A DNA stretch of 64,000 nt from contig OZ024766.1 in the NCBI GenBank assembly GCA_964016885.1, forward strand, positions 14,446,001 to 14,510,000, written 5' to 3'. This DNA comes from Eledone cirrhosa. Its lineage: Eukaryota. The notes beneath the pieces were generated by a model that searched no databases, was not told the DNA's origin, and saw only the letters and a program-made list of their open reading frames with translations. Positions 56,819-64,000 of the stretch are shown here, piece by piece; the first letter of the stretch is position 1; each line of letters starts with the position of its first letter. Made by a program: the position numbers and the translations under genes.

Positions 56819-56851
<33 letters not shown>

Positions 56852-57004
56852 AATAATATATTAATAAATGGAAACTATATTTATAAAACCATATTTATTT
56901 TATTATACATATTTCAAGGGCAACCAAGGCAAACTGTTGAGTGCTTTATATCAGTTATAAAAATGTTTAAGCTTATTGAATCCCAACAAATTAAATATAA
57001 CCTC

Positions 57005-57049
<45 letters not shown>

Positions 57050-59351
57050 ATAAATATATATAATACAACATTAGAATTACTACTACATTTTACTTTCTAT
57101 CTCTGTCTCTCACATCTCTTTCTCTCCCTCTATCTCCCTCTCTCGATATCCCTCTCTTTCTCTCACCCCCCCCCTCTCTCTCTATCTCTCTCTATCTCTC
57201 CTCCTGTCTCTCCCATACACTTACCTAAGGTCATGTAATTTAACTGGGTGTGACTTTCTCAAAAGTTAATACAAAGACTTGCTTTCAACTGACAGAAACA
57301 TAGCTACAATGTTGCACACTCATATCATGTGTCTGTATGGCTGACTGCCTGAACTTCATACAGAAATAAAAAACCCCACACAACCAACATTCTGGGGTTG
57401 ATAAAATATAATTGTTTCTAATTATATTGACTAATTATATTTACGAATAATATTGACTAATAATATTGACTAATTATATTGACTAATTATATTTACTAAT
57501 AATATTGACTAATAATATTGACTAATTATATTGACTAATTATATTGACTAATTATATTGACTAATTATATTTACTAATAATATTGACTAATAATATTGAC
57601 TAATTATATTTACTAATAATATTGACTAATAATATTGACTTATTATATTGACTAATTATATTGACTAATTATATTGACTAATTATATTGACTAATTATAT
57701 TTACTAATAATATTGACTAATTATATTTACTAATAATATTGACTAATTATATTGACTAATTATATTGACTAATTATATTTACTAATTATATTTACTAATA
57801 ATATTGACTAATAATATTGACTAATTATATTGACTAATTATATTGACTAATTATATTTACTAATAATATTGACTAATAATATTGACTAATTATATTGACG
57901 AATTATATTGACTAATTATATTGACTAATTATATTGACTAATTATATTGACTAATAATATTAACTAATAATATTAACTAAATAATATTAACTATCAAGGG
58001 CGGTGGATTGGCAGTATCGGTATAAGGTCGGACGCCGTGCTTTCCAGCATAGTTACGTCCCTTTACGATCTGAGTTCAAATCCCGCCGAGGTAGACTTTG
58101 CCTTTCATCCTTACGGGGTCGATAAAATAAAGTACCAGTTATGCACTGGGTAATTGCTGGCCTTGTGCCTAAAGTAGAAACAATTATTAGTAAATATAAT
58201 TAGTTAATATTATTAGTTAATATAATTAGTTAATATTATTAGTTAATATTATTAGTCAATAATAATATTAATGGCAGTGGATTGGCAGTATCAGTGGAGG
58301 GTCGGACGCCATGCTTTGATGCATAGAGTTACGGCCCTTGCCATTCTGAGTTCAAATCCCACCGAGGTTAACTTTGCCTTTCATCCTTACGGGGTCGATA
58401 AAATAAAGTAGCAGTAATTCACTGGGGTAATTGCTGGCCTTGTGCCTAACGTAGAAACAATTATTAACTAATATTTCTAACTAATAATATTGATTGTTGA
58501 CTAGAAATTTAGAGATTATTTTAATGGTTTCTGATTTAGATGCAAGGCCAACACATTTGGGGAAGGGGTGTTGATTGACCCCAGTGTGTTACTGGTACTT
58601 TATTTTATCAACCCAGTAAGGATGAAAGGCAAAGCTTACCTTGATGGGATTTGAACTCAGAACGTAAAGGGCCGTAACTGGGTTCAAATCCTACTGAAGT
58701 TATAGCTCTGGCTTTCATCCTAACAGGGTTGATAAAGTAAAGTACCAGTAACGTACTGGGGTTGATAAAGTAAAGTACCTGTAACGTTCTTGGGTTGATA
58801 AAGTAAGGTACCAGTAATGTACTGGGGTTGATAAAGTAAAGTACCAGTAATGTACTGGGTTTGATAAAGTAAAGTACCAGTAACGTACTGGGGTTGATAA
58901 AGTAAAGTACCAGTAATGTACGGGGGGTTGATAAAGTAAGGTACCAGTAATGTACTGGGGTTGATAAAGTAAAGTACCAGTAATGTACTGGGGTTGATAA
59001 GGTAAAGTACCTGTAACGTTCTTGGGTTGATAAAGTAAGGTACCAGTAATGTACTGGGGTTGATAAAGTAAAGTACCAGTAATGTACTGGGTTTGATAAA
59101 GTAAAGTATCAGTAACGTACTGGGGTTGATAAAGTAAAGTACCAGTAATGTACTGGGGTTGATAAAGTAAAGTACCAGTAACGTACTGGTGTTGATAAAG
59201 TAAAGTACCAGTAAAGTACTGGGGTTGACAAAATAAAGTACCAGTAATGTACTGGGATTGATAAAATAAAGTACCAGTAATGTACTGGGGTTGATAAAAT
59301 AAAGTACCTGGAATGGTGAGAGATAAAAGCTGAGATATGAAAATAACTAAC

Positions 59352-59489
59352 CTTTCTGACAACTGTTTCCTTCATAACCTGGAGCACATCTACCCCTTGA
59401 ACAGATCCCTAATTCCACATTACACCTGTTGTTATCTTCACAATGACACACCTGATCACAGTTGGCACCAAGTCTTCCACTACTGCACA
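59352..59489 (-). CDS. EGF-like exon, copy C
   Basis: Identical to copy A by eye, including splice sites. Confidence 0.8.
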
Positions 59490-61636
59490 CTGTAACAGGA
59501 AAACATTGGTGTAGATCAGGGATTGCCAACTTCTTTGCCTCCATGGGCCGGACGAACGCCATAAAAGAATAATTATGGAAAATTACACAAGCTAACGTTT
59601 AATCTCGAGTGTTGACTATACTATTCATTTCTCAAATCTTGAATTATATTCACAAATACCTCTGAATCCTGTGATTTCCCTCCTTGAAATGATGGAAAAT
59701 GCACATAATTTTTATTTCAAAGTTGATGTTCCCACAACTGTAGCTTTTTTTCAAATGTATATGGTTATACATTTCATTTACGAGCTGAGTTTTACCTTGA
59801 AGTTGTAAATTTAAGTTATTTAACCCTTTAGCACTTACATTACTCTATATTTACTATTGTAATGTCACAGTAAACACTTTATCTTATATAGTTATCTCAC
59901 ATAATATTGAATCTATGAGATTTTGATATTATTTATTTTGAGAAGAATACCTTAACGTCAGTATGAGTGGCTAGTTACAGCCGGTTTGAACAGAAAAAAG
60001 TGAGAGATTTCTGGCCGGATATGGCCGGTTTAAATGCTAAAGGGTTAAACGATTCACAATATCCTCAATAAATACCAAAGTTGTAACAGCAGGCCTTTTA
60101 TTGTATTCGAAAGGAATAATACGTATTATTCTTTTATAATCTTTTATAATCTCTATAATTGAATTATTCTTTATCGAAAGGTTGTGAGTTCAATTCTCCG
60201 ACCGGTTAATGTGTTGTTTCCTTGAGCAAGACTCTTTATTTCAAATTGCTCCAGTTTACTCAGCTGTAGAAATGAGATGATAGGGACTGGGGTCCCTATC
60301 ATTCCACTGTAAAGTGGTCCTAGAGGTGCCACGGCAAAAAATCACCCAGCACTCACTGTAAATGAGGTTGGTTTTAGGAAGGGCATCAAGCTGTAGAAAT
60401 CAAGCCAGAATCAGTTCCTGTCCCACTCTTGCAAGCAGGGAAAAGGGGACGTAAAATGAAATGATTTCATAATTCAGGGGTTGATAAAATATAGTACCAG
60501 TGATATCCTGGGGTAGATTTAATAGAATAGCTTAACTCGCACTCACATATATATATATCTACTAACCAAAGTATCGCGTGATCTGGTGCGTTATGGTCCA
60601 CCTCGTTCCTTACCATACTTCCTACCACACACACACACACACACATATATAGATATATACTTATAAATATATACAGAATAAGGAGCAGGTATTACAATAA
60701 CCTGGGGTTCAAGGGCCCTCACCTCTTCAACAAGCTGCCAAGGAATTTGAGAGATCTGCATGGTGTGGACGTGGATGTTTTCAAGGAACATCTCGACACC
60801 CTGTTACCAGGATCCTGGATGAGCCCACAGCATGGTTCGAAGGTAACCTAAGGGCAGCAACAACGAACCCCCTCTTTGCCGAATGGCCAACCAACACAGG
60901 TTGGAGAAAGAATGTGTAACAAGATCATGCCCCAGCATGGCCTCAACTGGATCGCTGGAACACGTTAAAAGAGAAAAAGAGAATATATATATATATATAT
61001 ACATATAATGTAGGAGGTGAGTTTTATTGTGGTACAATAAAGCAATGCAGATATCGGATAAGAAGCACTCTACAGTTTGTAGGACTGGAGTATACATAAT
61101 ATAAGATCAAAAGATGGTTAAAGGAGTTCCATGTATTTTATTATGCGCATTTAAAACTGCACTATCCACAAGTGTTTTTTTAGCCTTCATATCATGTTCT
61201 CCTGTTTTATCTGATGAAAACACAAATATTATTGCATGATGATGTTTGTTTTTGAAATGCGCATAATAAAATACATGGAACTCCTTTAACCATCTTTTGA
61301 TCTTATATTATATTTACATATATATATATTTATATTTATATTTCTGGCTATTTCTGGCTGTCGATGGTCCTATTCAGGCCACTGGGATGACGTTGTTCAA
61401 CGAGTGTATTTTTAAAAAAATGCAACAAGTGGTTCAAATCATTCGCAGATTTGCATTTGCTGTGTAAACGCAGATGGTTATTTTTCTTCTCATTTGGTGA
61501 ACATCCAAGAATTTAACTGCTGTGATTTACGGATTAATAGGTGAAATATATTTCTATATTTCTTACTTAAAGAGCCAGGAACCCAACGGCTGAGCTCCGG
61601 CCAGAGATCAGCAGTTGGGGTCCTGACTCTTTTCCT

Positions 61637-61714
<78 letters not shown>

Positions 61715-64000
61715 ACGAAGGAAATGTGGTAAGGAACCAGGTGGACCATAACGCACCAAAGTACTCAATACTTGAGGTGGTAGAGTGGGTAATAGGAACC
61801 TTATTATATATTTATATATATATATATATAAATAATATATTAATAAATGGAAACTATATTTATAAAACCATATTTATTTTATTATACATATTTCAAGGGC
61901 AACCAAGGCAAACTGTTGAGTGCTTTATATCAGTTATAAAAATGTTTAAGCTTATTGAATCCCAACAAATTAAATATAACCTCTGCATATATATATATTT
62001 ATATATATATATATAAATTTATATAATACAACATTAGAATTACTACTACATTTTACTTTCTATCTCTGTCTCTCACATCTCTTTCTCTCCCTCTATCTCC
62101 CTCTCTCGATATCCCTCTCTTTCTCTCACCCCCCTCTCTCTCTCTATCTCTCTCTATCTCTCCTCCTGTCTCTCCCATACACTTACCTAAGGTCATGTAA
62201 TTTAACTGGGTGTGACTTTCTCAAAAGTTAATACAAAGACTTGCTTTCAACTGACAGAAACATAGCTACAATGTTGCACACTCATATCATGTGTCTGTAT
62301 GGCTGACTGCCTGAACTTCATACAGAAATAAAAAACCCCACACAACCAACATTCTGGGGTTGATAAAATATAATTGTTTCTAATTATATTGACTAATTAT
62401 ATTTACGAATAATATTGACTAATAATATTGACTAATTATATTGACTAATTATATTTACTAATAATATTGACTAATAATATTGACTAATTATATTGACTAA
62501 TTATATTGACTAATTATATTTACTAATAATATTGACTAATAATATTGACTAATTATATTTACTAATAATATTGACTAATAATATTGACTTATTATATTGA
62601 CTAATTATATTGACTAATTATATTGACTAATTATATTGACTAATTATATTTACTAATAATATTGACTAATTATATTTACTAATAATATTGACTAATAATA
62701 TTGACTAATTATATTGACTAATTATATTGACTAATTATATTGACTAATTATATTGACTAATTATATTGACTAATTATATTGACTAATTATATTTACTAAT
62801 AATATTGACTAATTATATTTACTAATAATATTGACTAATTATATTGACTAATTATATTGACTAATTATATTGACTAATTATATTTACTAATAATATTGAC
62901 TAATAATATTGACTAATTATATTGACTAATTATATTTACTAATTATATTGACTAATTATATTGACTAATTATATTGACTAATTATATTGACTAATTATAT
63001 TGACTAATTATATTTACTAATAATAGTAACTAATTATATGAACTAATAATTATTTCTACATTAGCCACAAGGCCAGCAATTACCCAGTACATTACTGGTA
63101 CTTTATTTTATCGACCCCGTAAGGATGAAAGGCAAAGTTAACCTCATTAACTAATTATATTGACTAATAATATTAACTAATTATATTGACTAATTATATT
63201 AACTAATAATATTAACTAATATTATCACCTAATAATATTAACTAATAACATTCACTAATTATATTAACTAATAATATTAACTAATATTATCAACTAATAA
63301 TATTCATTAATAATTTAAATAATGTTTACATTAGGCACAAGGCCAGCAATTACCCCAGTGTATTACTGGTACTTTATTTTATCAACCCCGTAAGGATGAA
63401 GGGCAAAGTTAACCTCGGCGGGATTTGAATTAGTTAATATTATTCGGTGGATTGGCAGTATCGGTGGAGCGTCGGACGCCATGCTTTGATGCATAGAGTT
63501 ACGGCCCTTAGTCAATATAATTAGTAAATATTATTAGTTAATATTATTAGTTAATATAATTAGTTAATATTATTAGTTAATATAATTAGTTAATATTATT
63601 AGTTAATATTATTAGTTAATATAATTAGTTAATATTATTAGTTAATATTATTAGTTAATATAATTAGTTAATATTATTAGTTAATATAATTAGTTAATAT
63701 TATTAGTTAATATTATTAGTTAATATAATTAGTTAATATTATTAGTTAATATTATTAGTTAATATTATTAGTCAATATAATTAGTTAATATTATTAATTA
63801 ATATAATTAGTTAATATTATTAGTCAATAATAACATTAATGGCAGTGGATTGGCAGTATCAGTGGAGGGTGGGACGCCATGCTTTGATGCATAGAGTTAC
63901 GGCCCTTGCCATTCTGAGTTCAAATCCCACCGAGGTTAACTTTGCCTTTCATCCTTACGGGGTCGATAAAATAAAGTAGCAGTAATACACTGGGGTAATT

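Larger units (their letters stand above)
48705..64000. repeat. Tandem segmental duplication, three units (about 48.7-54.5 kb, 54.5-58.7 kb, 58.7 kb to window end)
   Basis: The same order of 33-bp minisatellite, EGF exon, MITE, SINE, CR1 tail and 13-bp satellite recurs; exon-to-exon spacings are 5341 and 4488 bp. Confidence 0.95.

Overview
Repeat-dense, AT-rich animal genomic DNA. The RTE LINEs with (GAT)n tails, tRNA-derived SINEs, very long (TA)n/(GT)n microsatellites and a C2H2 zinc-finger relic suggest a coleoid cephalopod such as Octopus (inference). The main result is a spliced minus-strand gene that the ORF track does not assemble. It has 8 coding exons (25502-4374), all with GT-AG boundaries and matching phases, and encodes about 406 aa: five ankyrin repeats, an IAP/Mind-bomb-type C3HC4 RING with a triplicated 12-aa loop, a duplicated and deleted Ank/RING remnant, and a C-terminal death domain. 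The remnant comes from a local duplication that could also start a separate ~140-aa protein that is essentially only the death domain. The right end holds three ~4.5-5.3 kb tandem duplicates, each carrying an identical phase 1-1 EGF-like (SREC/MEGF10-type) exon. Also present: an internally deleted Helitron with both termini, a hAT element carrying a 40-bp satellite, piggyBac-like MITEs, CR1 and RTE fragments, and several foldback palindromes, some with degenerate hammerhead-like motifs.
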